Shown here: piece after piece, positions 1 through 11,464 of the stretch | Layout: every line of letters starts with the position of its first letter | Position numbering within the stretch: position 1 is the stretch's first letter | NCBI GenBank assembly: GCA_013265495.1 | Contig: MU057776.1 | Coordinates: 124,001-188,000, forward strand | Length of the DNA: 64,000 nucleotides | Source: Vicugna vicugna | Lineage: Eukaryota | Direction of reading: 5' to 3' | Position numbers and translations under genes: made by a program | Notes under the pieces: generated by a model | Databases searched by the model: none | Told to the model about the DNA's origin: nothing | Seen by the model: the letters and a program-made list of their open reading frames with translations, nothing else

Positions 1-140
1 ACGCCTGGGCGTGCGCTCGCCCACACGCACACACACGCACGCACACACAGAACTATATGCACAAGGCCTCCCACAGCCCACGTGCCGTCTGGGCAGGGGC
101 CTCGCCGGGCTCACGCTCCTTCCCCCAGGCACCCTCCCAC

Positions 141-326
141 CTTCACAGAGTAGGCGAATGCCACGAAGCCCAGGCAGCACACGTTCAGGAAGAGGGTGTT
201 GAACAGGGACCAGACGATGTGGTCGGGCACGGAGGTCTCCGTGGGGATCTGGATCATGGTGGACATCACGGGGGCTGGGTTCTGGGGAACCCCCAGCACC
301 CCGACCTCATGCTCCTCCTTGTACAT
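141..326 (-). CDS. IFITM1: IFITM1-like paralogue A, coding exon 1 (62 codons); intron and exon 2 run off the left edge
   Basis: [23 protein letters not shown]...[30 protein letters not shown] is a CD225 domain start. It ends at the conserved AAG|GT donor (141/140). No IFITM3-type YEML extension. Exact IFITM1/2/3 orthology cannot be resolved. Confidence 0.93.
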
Positions 327-453
327 GTTGGCGTTGGGGAAAGCAGATGCTGCTCGCAGAGGGAACGAAGGAGACGGTGTTTCTCGAGGCTGAGTTGGAG
401 CAGTTGTGCTCTCTGGCCAGCCTAGTGCAGAGTGGGCCCTCCCCTTCTGGTTT

Positions 454-483
454 GGTTTCTATTTCTCGGTAGTTTCTATTTCC
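454..483 (-). promoter_or_regulatory. Tandem ISREs of gene A
   Basis: On the - strand, GGAAATAGAAACT (471-483) matches the classic IFITM1 ISRE; a second AGAAATAGAAACC lies at 454-466. About 130-160 nt upstream of the ATG. Confidence 0.9.
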
Positions 484-714
484 TGTTGTTTCTGAACTGC
501 TGAATTGTCTGGAAAATAGGAGGGTTGGACAACTAACTGGGTGCCTGGTAGGATTTTATGAGCCCTGTCCTTCCAAGGCGGGGCTGCTTTCCTCGAGGTC
601 CCGCTGGCAGCCTTCCTGGCTAGATGGAGGCCTGGTTTCCAGGCTGTCTGGGGAGAACACTTGAGCTAATTACCCATGAGATTATGATACAGGACTTTCT
701 TTTTCTTATTTTCT

Positions 715-1250
715 TTAATTTGGGTAAAATATATACAACATAAAATTTACCGTCTTTTTTTTATTTGAGTAAAGGTAGATTTGTTTGGAGAAATACCCAG
801 TGCGCAGCGGGCAGGCTGTTTCAGGAGGCGAGAGAAAGGCCACGAGTTGCTGCAGTTGGGAGCCCAGGTTAGAGTAAAAGTAGATGCACACTCCACAGAC
901 AGAGTGCGGGCCGTCTCTGAAGAGGAGGGGGCAGAAAGGGCCGCCAAAATTTACCACCCTAATCCCACCTCGGTGCAGAGCTCGGGACACTAAACTCACT
1001 CACATGGTTGAGCAGCCATCACACCATCACCTCCAGGACTCGTCCGACTTCCCAGACTGACACCCTGTCCCCAGTGAACACTCAGCCTCCAGCCCCTGGC
1101 CCCGGGATCGGCTTCCTGACTCTGTGACTGTGACTCCCCCAGGGGCCTCACCGCACAGGAGTGGAATCAGAGCGTTTGTCCTCCTGTGTCTTCTTATGTC
1201 ACCAAGTGTAACGTCCTCAGGGTTCGTCCACATTGTAGCATGAACTGAAG
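715..1250 (-). mobile_element. Old L1M 3' UTR fragments
   Basis: Motifs 'atatacaacataaaatttacc', 'cagccatcacaccatcacctccag' and 'ggttcgtccacattgtagcatg' resemble old L1 3' ends. Confidence 0.6.
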
Positions 1251-1999
1251 GACGAATGACATACACTTGTCTTATTTTAACGACCAGTAGAAGCCTCTTC
1301 TCTGGCCGCTTTGCCAGGCTTCCCGGTGGCTTCCGTTCCCAGCGGTGGTGTGTCTGTGCAGCAGGCTTTCCGGGGAGGAGCCTCCTGTCTGGGGGGAGAA
1401 AGGAACTGTGGGCCTGGGGTGCGGGGGCTTGGTCTGCTCTTTAGGGGCCAGAGCAGCAAACTGGGAGTGCTGAGGGCACAGGCGGCAGAAGTGTCTGAGA
1501 GCAGGAGCTGCGTCAGAGGCCCGTCCCTTGGCATCAGCGATGCCTGCCTTGGGTGCGTGGCACAGAGACCCCCGGATGAACTCTCGCCCAGCAGGGACGG
1601 GGAGGCAGGCTAGAAGCTGGCCCGGGAGCTCGGGGTCGTCCCGAGCTAGGCGCCTCCTCTCCTCCTGCCCGCTGCCCGGAGAGAGGGATTTCTGTCCTTC
1701 CTGGACCTCCAGGCCCTGTGTCCACATCCACGCAGCACAAAGCGAGAGGCAGGCCAAGAGCCGAGGGTGTGCTGACTTGGTTCTGTTCTCCACCGGGAGC
1801 ATCATGGTTCCTGTGGGCTCATGCAGCCGGCTTCCTCTTCCCTCCCATTGGCCGAGGCTGTTTCCCACGGTCACCGCCTGGGAAGTCAAGGTTTAGAGGA
1901 AGGCACGTGACTAACCCACCCAAAGTGGGTGCTGTGGGTGAGGGAGGAGGGCAGAACGGGTCTTGGGGTGACATCTGGCAGGGCCCACCACCCCGGGGC

Positions 2000-2240
2000 T
2001 TACTCTCCCTCTGCTCTGGCCCCTCTGCTGGCCCCTCGTCCCGTTAAGGGTTAGTGTCCTTTCAGTACCATCGTCTGAACCAGACTCAAGGTCTGAACCT
2101 GAAGTGTGAAGGTGTAGCTTCTCTAATTAGTCTGAGAAGGAGGACTATCGGTTGTTGGAGACATGGGGCCGACCATCCTCATGTGTGTCCCTGCAGCCTC
2201 GCCGTGAATGTGCACTGGGAACGATCCCCCAAGACACAGG
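2000..2240 (-). pseudogene. Orphan IFITM intron remnant
   Basis: Collinear with gene D intron ~37290-37550 (shared 'cttctctaattagtctgagaagga', 'cactgggaa..at..cccaagacaca'). No flanking exons found. Confidence 0.65.
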
Positions 2241-2299
2241 ATCCGTGGCTCCCTATTTGAGTGGAAAACCCTAGTCCCCTGAACTTGCCTCAAGACATA

Positions 2300-3900
2300 C
2301 GTGGGAACTGTAAGTGGCAGCGCACAGGTTCCTACTCACATGGAGCCCGTGGTCTGCAGTCCTCATTTGTGGACGTCTGCTGGCCAGTCCTTCCCCACCC
2401 TCACACTCCACATTAGAAACTCTTGGTGTTTACCAGCCAGAGTGGGATTGGGTCTGTCTTAAAAACCAAACTGGGTCTAGAAATGAACTAGGTCCAATTT
2501 ACGCTGGCCTGGGTCCAGTGCCAGGCCTTGGGGGAGTAAAACCTTATGTGCAGACTGAGAGCTAGTAGGAATCCGCAAGTGAAAAAGAAGCCCCATAACC
2601 TGGTAGGAACAGGTTGGCCTCCTAACCTGAGGACTCCCGTGTTGGGATACGTTGGCCGTGGGATGGGTTATACTGACTCTGCGTCACCCACCAATCTCAA
2701 GGAAATTTTGGAGCAGTGAGAGGCACAGTGAGTCTGGCAGAACCTCTACCTAGCAGCACAGCCCTCGAGGAGTCCGTCTGGCTCCCAGGGTACCAAAGGC
2801 TCAGCTAAAAGAAAGCAGCTCGCCACCCCCTGGCATGACTGGCCAGTTTGTATCTGGGAGCCGTGGCCCCAGGAGCTGCAGAGGTTACAAAGCTGGCAAG
2901 GTCTCACCACAACCACCCAGAGTCACAGTGCCGCACATGAGGAATGTTGTAAATAGGTGTGCTCATTTAAGGAGTGGACTTGAAAGCAAAGTTTCCCAAA
3001 TCAAAGAAAGCAAACGGGATACCGATTTTTATTGGTATGTGGAAGCTTCCAAAAGGCTTCAAAATCCCAAAATACCTCCATTTAAAAATTAGTTACAAAA
3101 GGCTAATGAAACTGTAAAGACACAAGGTCATAATGAAAAGTCCACCAAACTATTAGCTTTGTAGCTAATGCAGCTCCGAGGCCCAGCATCTAAAATAAGA
3201 CCCCCGCGTCAGACTCTTCTAGGGACCTCATTAAAGCCTGGCCCACCGAGCCATGTCACCATTGGAATCAACTGGGACCCTGGAAAGAAGATGGTCCTCA
3301 AAGGGAATCTTTCAACATCAACCCAAATGCCTTCATATCTACCCCCAAAGGAGACCCCCAGTTCTCCTCCCAGAACTGATGGGACTCCGAGGGGTCTCTG
3401 GTAAACCGTTGTGTTATTCCCTTATACAGCCAAGGAAGCTAACAATAAAGTCAATGGAAAACTGGAGCCTGCAGAGAGGATCTTGGGAGAGCTGACAGAA
3501 GCCAGAGAGAGCTGAGAACTCTTACCGGAGTCAGCTGTCCCAAATCTCTGTCTATAGTGCCCAGCTGAGAGGGAAAATAAAACTTCACGTTGTTGCTTCC
3601 TTTCCAAACCAAACCCACTGGTTACTTATCCTTTCTCTACCAAGGAGAGCTACTGTCTTTTTTCTTGTCTCGTTTTGTGCCCTAAGACCACGGCTTGGTG
3701 TTCTGCCTGCCTGAGACATGCAGGCTGTCAGCTCCCTTGGGCTGTCTTTGAGGGTGACTCTGGATCTGGGGAAGGGAGTGACCTTTACACCTCTTTGAGG
3801 ACGCCACTTGTGTCCATGGACTTGTTTAATACTGTCAGAAATAGTTACTGTTTGTCCTGGCTGAAACCTGACAAGATATTTAAAAAGATTTAGTAACTCT
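2300..3900 (+). mobile_element. Deleted ERV internal fragment (leader/gag)
   Basis: 2620-3200 is recognisably homologous to the leader/gag of the provirus at ~51000-52240 (-), e.g. 'gctcatttaaggagtggacttgaaagcaaagtttcccaaatc' vs 'gttcatttcagaggtgcacttcagagtgaaggctcccaaatc'. Confidence 0.7.
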
Positions 3901-3901
3901 T

Positions 3902-4033
3902 ATGTCAATGAAAACTTACTCAGTTTATCTAAGAAAGAAATGGAAAATTTAACCTGAGCCAAATATGAGGATCATAACCCAGGAAGAGCATCTTAGAAAT
4001 CTCTGAGAATTGTTCTGCCCATTAGAAGTCAAG
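3902..4033 (-). mobile_element. ERV LTR fragment, interrupted by the L1
   Basis: Matches the LTR start at 57872-57990. A compatible LTR end lies at 11465-11537. Confidence 0.65.
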
Positions 4034-7000
4034 GTCAATTTCTGGCGTACAACGTAATGTTTCAGTCACACATATACATACATATATTCCTTTTCATATT
4101 CTTTTTCATTACAGGCCAATGTAAGATATTGAATAAATTTCTCTGTGCCACACAGAAGAAATTTGTTTGCTGTATATCTGTTTTATATATAGTAGTCAGT
4201 ATCTGCCAATCTCAAACTCCCAATTTATCCCTTCCCACCACCTTTACCCACTGGTAATCGTAAGTTTATTCTCTATGTCTGTGAGTCTGTTTCTGTTTTG
4301 CAAATAAGTTCATTTGTGTCTTCTTTCTTTTTAAAGATTCCACATATAAGTGATATCATATGGTATTTTTCTTTCTCTTTCTGGCTTACTTCTCTTAGAA
4401 TGACGATCTCCAGGTCCATCCTTGTTGCTGCAGATGGCACTCTTTCATTCGTTTTTATGGCTGAGTAGTATTCCATTGCATAAAGATATTCACATCTTCT
4501 TTATCCAGTCATCTGTCGATGGACATTTAGGCTGTTTCCATGTCTTGGCTATGGTAAATGGTGCTGCTGTGAATATTGGGGTGCACGTGTCTTTTTGAAT
4601 TATGGTTCCCTCTGGATATACGCCCAGGAGTGGGATTGCTGGGTCATAGGGTAAGTCTATTTTCAGTCTGTTGAGGAATCTCCACACTGTTTTCCATAAC
4701 AGCCGCACCAAACTGCATTCCCACAACAGTGCAGCAGGTTCCCTTTTCTCACGGCCTCTCCAGCATTTATCATTCACGGGCTTTGGAATGATGGGCATCC
4801 TGACTGGTGTGAGGTGGTACCGCATTGTAGTTTGGATTTGCATTACTCTAATGATTAGCAACACTGAGCATTTTTTCATGAGCCTGTTGGCCATTTGTAT
4901 GTCTTCACTGGGGAATTGCTTGTTTAGGTCTTCTGCCCATTTTTGGATTGGCTTGTTTGTTTTTTGGTTATTAAGTTGTATGATCTGTTTGTATGTTCTG
5001 GAAATTGAGCCCTTGTCAGTTGCGTCGTACGAAAATACGTTCTCCCATTCCGTAGGCTGTCTTTTCGTTTTGTTTTTAGTTTCCTTTGCTGTGCAAAAGC
5101 TTATAAGCTTAATTGGGTCCTATCTGTTTATTCTTGCTTTTATTTCTATTGCCTGGGTAGATGGCCCGAGGAGAACACTGCTGAGATCTGTGTCAGAGAA
5201 TGTTTTGCTGTGCTTTCTTCTGGGAGGTTTACAGTGTCTTGTCTTACGTTTAAGTCTTCAAGCCATTTTGAGTTTATTTTTGTGTATGGCGTGAGGGAGC
5301 GTTCTCACTTCATTGATTTACAAGTGGCTGTCCAGCTTTCCCAACGCCATTTGCTGAAGAGACTGTCTTTTCTGCACTGTATCTTCTTGTCTTCTTTGTC
5401 AAAGATTAGTTGACTGTGGGCGTGAGGGTTTGTCTCTGGGCTCTCTGATCTGTTCCATTGATCTGTGTGTCTGTTTTTGTGCCAATACCACACTCTTTTG
5501 ATTACTGTAGCTCTGTAGTATTGTCTGAAGTCTGGGAGGATTATTCCTCCAGCTTTGTTCTTTCTCTTCAATATTACTTTGACAATTCTGGGTCTTTAGT
5601 GATTTCATATAAATTTTAGGATTATTTGTTCTGGTTCTGTGAAAAATGTCCTGAATAATTTGATAGGGATCACATTACATCTGTAGATTGCTTTGGGTTG
5701 TTTTGCCATTTTAAACAATACTAATTCTTCCAACCCAAGAACATGGGATATCTTTCCACTTCTTTACGTCATATTTAATTTTCTTAGTCAATGTTTTGTA
5801 GTTCTCTGTGTGTAAGTCTTTACTTCCTTGGTCAGATTTATTCCTAAGTATTTTATTGTTTTGGATGCACTTTCAAAAAAGGGATTGTGTTTTTACTTTC
5901 CTTTTCTGATATTTCCTTGTTGGTGTAAAGAAATGCAACAGATTTCTGTATGTTAATCTTATATCCTGCTACATTGCCAAATGCTTTTACCAGCTCTAGT
6001 AGTTTTTGTGTGGAGCAATTAGGGTTTTCTATATATAGTATCAAGTCATCTGCATATAATGACAATTTTACCTCTTCTCTTCCAATTTGGGTCCCTTTCA
6101 TTTCTTTTTCTTGTCTAATTGCCATGGCTGGGATTTCCAAGACTATGTTGAATTGAAGTGGTGAGAGTGGGCGTCCATGTGTTGTTCTAGATTTTAGCAG
6201 GAAGGCTTTCAACTTTTCACCATTGAATAGTGTGCTGGCTGTAGGTTTGTCCTAAATAGCTTTTATTATGCTGAGATGGGTCGTTGGCGTCATAATATCA
6301 ATGTACACACACACCCCGTATGTGGAGAGAGCTGATGGCTAATCTAAAAGTTTATTAAACTACACAGGCTTATAAAGCAAAAGAGAACAATATGGAAAAT
6401 GTTTAACTATGGTTTGACATTTTATGACTCCCTAGACACACAGATTGTTTTAAGGTCAGGATCTTAAGATCCTTTGATATTTTTGATAGATTACACTCGT
6501 CATGGAGCCAGTGAGCCTTAAATCTTATCAGGGCGGAACATATAGGAAAATAGCTGCTTGACGACATTCTTTCTGACTCAGGCGGCTGTGCCTGTCTTAG
6601 GTTGCCCCCCGCTGGGGATCTTACCCGTCATTGGCTAACCAGCCTTCTCACCTCAGAGTCTGCAGCCTTTTATAACTTGTTTACCACTCCAGCCCAAGGC
6701 TCATTCCTTTGTTCACATGATCGGGGGGCTACATATGTTCCCTCAGTATAGAGTTACTTTGGTTAGAGTTTTTATCATAAGTCGGTGTTGAATTTTATCA
6801 AATGTTTTTTGTGCATCTATTGATATGATCAAGTGATTTTTGTCATTTCTTTTGTTGATGTGGTGTATCACATTGATTTATGTGTGTTGTACCATCCTTG
6901 TGTGCCTGGAATGAACCCAACTTGATCATGGTGTAGAATCTTTTTTATTTGTTGTTGGATTCTGTTTGCTAATATGTTTTGAGGATTTTTGCATCTTTGT

Positions 7001-10000
7001 TCATCAAGGATATTGGACTATAGTTTTCTTTTTTGATAGTAACTTTGTCTGGCTTTGGTATCAGGGTGATGGTGGCTCCATAGAATAAGTTTGGGAGTAT
7101 TCCGTCTTCTTCAGTCTTTGGAAGAGTTTGGGAAGGTTCGATATGAGCTCTTCTTTGTGTGTTTGATAGGATTCCCCAGTGGAGCCATCTGGTCCTGGAC
7201 TTTTGTTTGTAGGGAGGTGTTTATTGCTGATTCTACTTCACTTCTAGTGATTGGTCTGATTGGTCAAATAATCTATTTCTTCTTGATTCAGTTTTGGTGG
7301 ACTGTATGTTTCTAGAAACTTGTCCATTTCTTCTAAGTTGTCCAATTTATTGCCATTTATTTGTTCATAGTATTCTCTTATGATTTTTAAAATTTCTGTG
7401 GTATTGATTGTAATGTCTTCATTTTCATTTCTTATTTTGTTTATCTGTGTTCTCTCTCCCTTTTCTTTGGGGTGAGCCTGGTCAGAAGTTTGCCTATTTT
7501 GTTTATTCTTTCAAAAAGCCAACTCTTGGTTTGATTGATTTTTTCTATTTTTTTAATCTTTATTTTATTTCTTTACTCCCTGATCTTTATTATTTCTTTC
7601 CTTCTGCTGACTTCAGGTTTTGTTGGTTCTTCTTTTTCTAATTCTTTTAGGTGGTAGGTTAGGTTGTTTATTTGAGATTGTTCTTGTTTTTTGAGGAAGC
7701 CTATATTGCTACGAACTTCCCTCTTAGGACTGCTTTTGTTGCATCCCATAGATTTTGTGTGGTTGAGTTTTCATTGTCATTTATCTCAAGGTATTTTTAA
7801 ATTTCTTCTTTGAGTTCATCATAGACCCATTGGTTTTTTTAGTAGCATGTTGTTTAGTCTCCATGCTGTCATTTTTTTTTTCTCATTTGTTTTTCTGTGG
7901 TTGATTTCTAGTTTCATGCCATTGTGGTCAGAGAAGATGCTTGAAATAATTTCTATCCTCTTAAATTTGTTGAGGCTTCTTTTGTGCCTGAGTATGTGGT
8001 CTAGCCTAGAGAATGTTCCATGAGCACTTGAAAAAAAAATGTATATTCTGTTTTGGAGTGATGTAAAGTCCTTAAAATATTAACCAAGTTCAACTGTTCT
8101 ATTGTGTCATTTAGGATCTCCATTGTCTTATTGAGTTTCTGTCTGGAAGACATTTCCAATGATGTTAGTAAGGTGTTAAAATCTCCTACTATGAGTGTGT
8201 TCCCATCAGTTTCTTCCTTTATGTCTGTTAGTTTTTGTCTTATATATTTAGGTGCTCCTATACTGGGTACATACATGTGACCTAGTGTCACCTCCTCACC
8301 TGCACTGCCTCTCTGATCGTTGTGCAGTGCCCTACTTTGTCTCTCTCTATGGCCTTTGCTTTAAAGTCTATTTTGTCTGATATGGGTATTGCTGCTCTCA
8401 CTTTCTTGTCATTTCCATTTGCATGAAATATCTTCTTCTGTCCTCTCACTTTCAATTTATGTGTGTCCTTCACTCTAAAGTGGGTCTCTTGTAGGCAGCA
8501 TATTGTAGGCTTTTGTTTTTATTATCCAATCTGCTACTCTATGTCTTTTGATTGGAGCATTTAGTCCATTGGCATTTATAGTACTTACTGATAGATGTGT
8601 GTTTATTGCCATTTTGAACTTTGTTTTCCAGTTGACTGGTATTTCTTCTTTGTTCTTTCTTTTCCCTTCTGTTTTTCTTTTTGTGGTTTGATAATTTTCT
8701 TTTGCACTAGCTTGGTTTCTTTTTGGGTTTTATAACTTTATTGTATGCTTTTGATTTGTGCTTACCCTGTTTTTTTAAGTATGTTAACCCATTACTATAT
8801 CTGTTTGTTTTAGACTGGTAGTCATGTAGGCTCAAACACATCCTAAAAAGAATGAAGACTAAAAGAAAAAAAATATATTTCCTTGCTCCCCTCTCCCACT
8901 TTTATGATGTTGATGTCTTTTTTTTTTCAGCAACTTTATATTTATTCTCTTGCTGCTCACTGTAGTTATCACATTTCTGGTTATGGTTTTCTCATTTCTC
9001 TAGCTTCCTGCTTCTCCATTTAGAGTAGATCTTTTAATATTTCTTTTAGGATAGGTTTAGTATTTCTGAATTCTTTCAGTTTCTGCTTGTCTGTGGCATT
9101 CTTTATTTCTCCTTCTGCTCTAAAGGATAGTCCTGCCAGATGGAGTGTCCTAGGTTGCAGCTTTTCCTCATTCAAGACTTTGCCACTCCCTTCTGGCCTG
9201 CAGTGTTTGCGTAGAAAAATCAGCTGAAAGCCTTATGGGAGTTCCCGTGTAACTAACTCTTTGTTTTTCTCTTGCTGCCTTTAGAATCATTTCTTTATCT
9301 TTAACTTTGACCATCTTAATTATAGCATGTCTTGGTGTAGGTCTCTTTGGGTTTTTCTTATTTGAGATCTTCCTGTACTTGGATATCTGTTTCCTTCTTT
9401 AGGTTTGGAAAGTTTTCAGTCATGATTTCTTCAAATACCTCTTCAATCACTTTTTCTCTTTCTTCTCCTTCTGGGACCCCTATTATGTCAGGTTGGCATG
9501 CTTTATATTATCCCATAGGTCCCTTATATTGCTTTCAGTGGTTTTTGCTTGCTTTTCTATCTGCTATTCTGATTGGGTGATTTCTGTTATCCTGTCTTCT
9601 AAGCCACTTGTTCATTCCTCTGCATGGTCCAGTCTGCTTTTGACTGCCTTTAATTAGGCTTTTATCCCAGCCATTGAGTTTTCTGTTTTTAACTGGCTCC
9701 TCTTCATAGTTTCTGTTTCCTTTTCATAGTATTTTCTGTCTCTATTCATAGTCTCTTTTATTTCCTTCAGTGCTTTTATCAGCCCCTTTTTGAAATCAGG
9801 ATGTAGTACACTGTTGAGGTCTATCTCATTGTTCATTCTTTCAGGGGATTTCTCTTGTTCATTTAATTGGCAGAGGTTCCTCTGCTTCTTCATTTTACTT
9901 ATATCTCTCTGGCTCTGTGGATTTAGGAGCATCAGTTATCTACTGTGGTCTTGAAGGCAGTTTTATTTCTTGTATTTAAAGTGGGAGCATTCCCGTGTAG

Positions 10001-11460
10001 ACTGTGTGTGTCTGATAGTGTTGCTGTGATGGCTGTTCTTGGTACGGGTGGCTGCCACGTCTTTCTTCCGTGTGTGTCGGCTGTTGTCCCGTTGACTGGG
10101 GGTGTGGTTGGTGCTGTGTGATCAGGGCCTGCCCTCATTGTTGTTGTTGAGCGGGGCCTCCTTTCCCGTTCTGTGGTTGTCACAGCCTTGACAGGGTCTG
10201 GGTCTGCTCCTGTTGCTGGCATAGAGGCTTCTAGGCCTGTTTCTGAGCTGCAGTGTGTGGTCAGTAGGGTTGGAGTGCTTCCACTGGGAAGAAGAGTCTC
10301 TGAGTGTGCCTCCACAGAAGCTGGCCCCTGGGCAGTGCTCTCTGTGGAGTCATCTGTCATGTGTTATGTGGGCTTACAAAGTACTCTTTGTTGATGTTGC
10401 TTTTGTTCTTGCCTTAGTTGCAGGAATGTCGGCCACCTGCTCTGGTGTCCCCCAGGTTCTGAGCCCCAGGAACCACCAGTGCAGTCCACCAATGTCAGGC
10501 ACTAGGACCTGCCATAGACAGCATGCAGTCACATGCCTGAATCCGTGGTGCACCGCAGGGTCAGCACAGAGCACAGCCCCACCTCCACGTACATTATGTA
10601 CACAAGCCTGTTGTAAACACCCATACTCGCCCCCATTGTCAGCCAGAACTTTGCTCACTGCCTGTTCATCCCAGAGGTGTGGGTCAACAAAGGAACCTAT
10701 GGAACAAATTCACCCTCTCTGCCTGAGGCTGTAAAGAAATCTCAGTCCTGCCTGTGAAGTTGTAAGGCCCCTGGGTATGAATTAAGCTTGCAGCAGCAAT
10801 GGCTATGACTAAGCCCCACTTCTCTTCTCTGAGGATTCACCAACAATGGAGCCAAGCAGACAGTGGCTATGGCTTGGCTGCATTGTGCCCCTCTTCCCTA
10901 CGCACAGCAACAGTGGTGCTTTCTTATGGGGGTCCCAGGCTGTTCTGTTCTGCACACACCCCCAGCCAGGGTTCACATGGCCCTCTAGTTCCCTGAGGCT
11001 GCCTCTGTGCAGCAGGCCCCAGCCCTCTCCCTGGACTCATCACAGATCTCCGGCTTGTGCCTGCCAACCTGAGTCTAGGGCTAGAGATCACAGGGACCTC
11101 CGTGTCAGTTTCTCCTAGTTTTGTCTGCCAAGGGGCTGGGACTTTCTCCTCCAAGCCTCAGAACCTCCACTTCTGTCCCTGCTGATCTCCCAGTTGGAGA
11201 GGAGGCTTCCTAGTGTGAGGGTGCCTTTCTTCCTTTACTGCCCCCTCTCTGCAGAACTGGTCCTGCACCGATTTTCTTTTTCTTTTTCTCTCTTACCAAA
11301 TTTTATGCAAATCCTCCTGTATTTCTAAGCAGGAGACACTCTGCCAGAGCTCAGTAGATGATCTATGCGATTTGATGAGTTTGCAGATGTAATTCTTAGT
11401 GTATTTGTGGGAAAGGGTGAGCTGTGAGTCTCTCTACTCTGCCATCTTGGCACCTCCCTC
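4034..11460 (-). mobile_element. Near full-length decayed LINE-1 (~7 kb)
   Basis: ORF2 pieces: C-term 4273-4894 (MEYYSAIK, CWRG...[13 protein letters not shown]), 5305-5571 ([13 protein letters not shown]), RT 5853-6212 ([11 protein letters not shown]), endonuclease 8001-8473 (LIVGDFNT). ORF1 piece 9654-9932. The 5' end has a YY1-type CAAGATGGC near 11441-11449. Many stops and frameshifts; poly(A) end missing. Confidence 0.95.
6277..6733 (-). mobile_element. Solo LTR (ERV2-like layout) nested in L1 ORF2
   Basis: Interrupts the L1 motif 'tatgctgaga|tatgttccc'. On the - strand it starts TGTAGCCCC, with TATA-like (6370-6377) and AATAAA (6351-6356) close together. Class assignment is inference. 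Confidence 0.7.
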
Positions 11461-11464
11461 TCCA

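Noticed and set aside
111..140. Single-exon IFITM ORFs ending VGGCLGEGA
   Set aside because: Read-through past the conserved splice donor into the intron; the same occurs in B, C and D.
4671..5294. 207-aa hydrophobic ORF
   Set aside because: Antisense reading of L1 ORF2.
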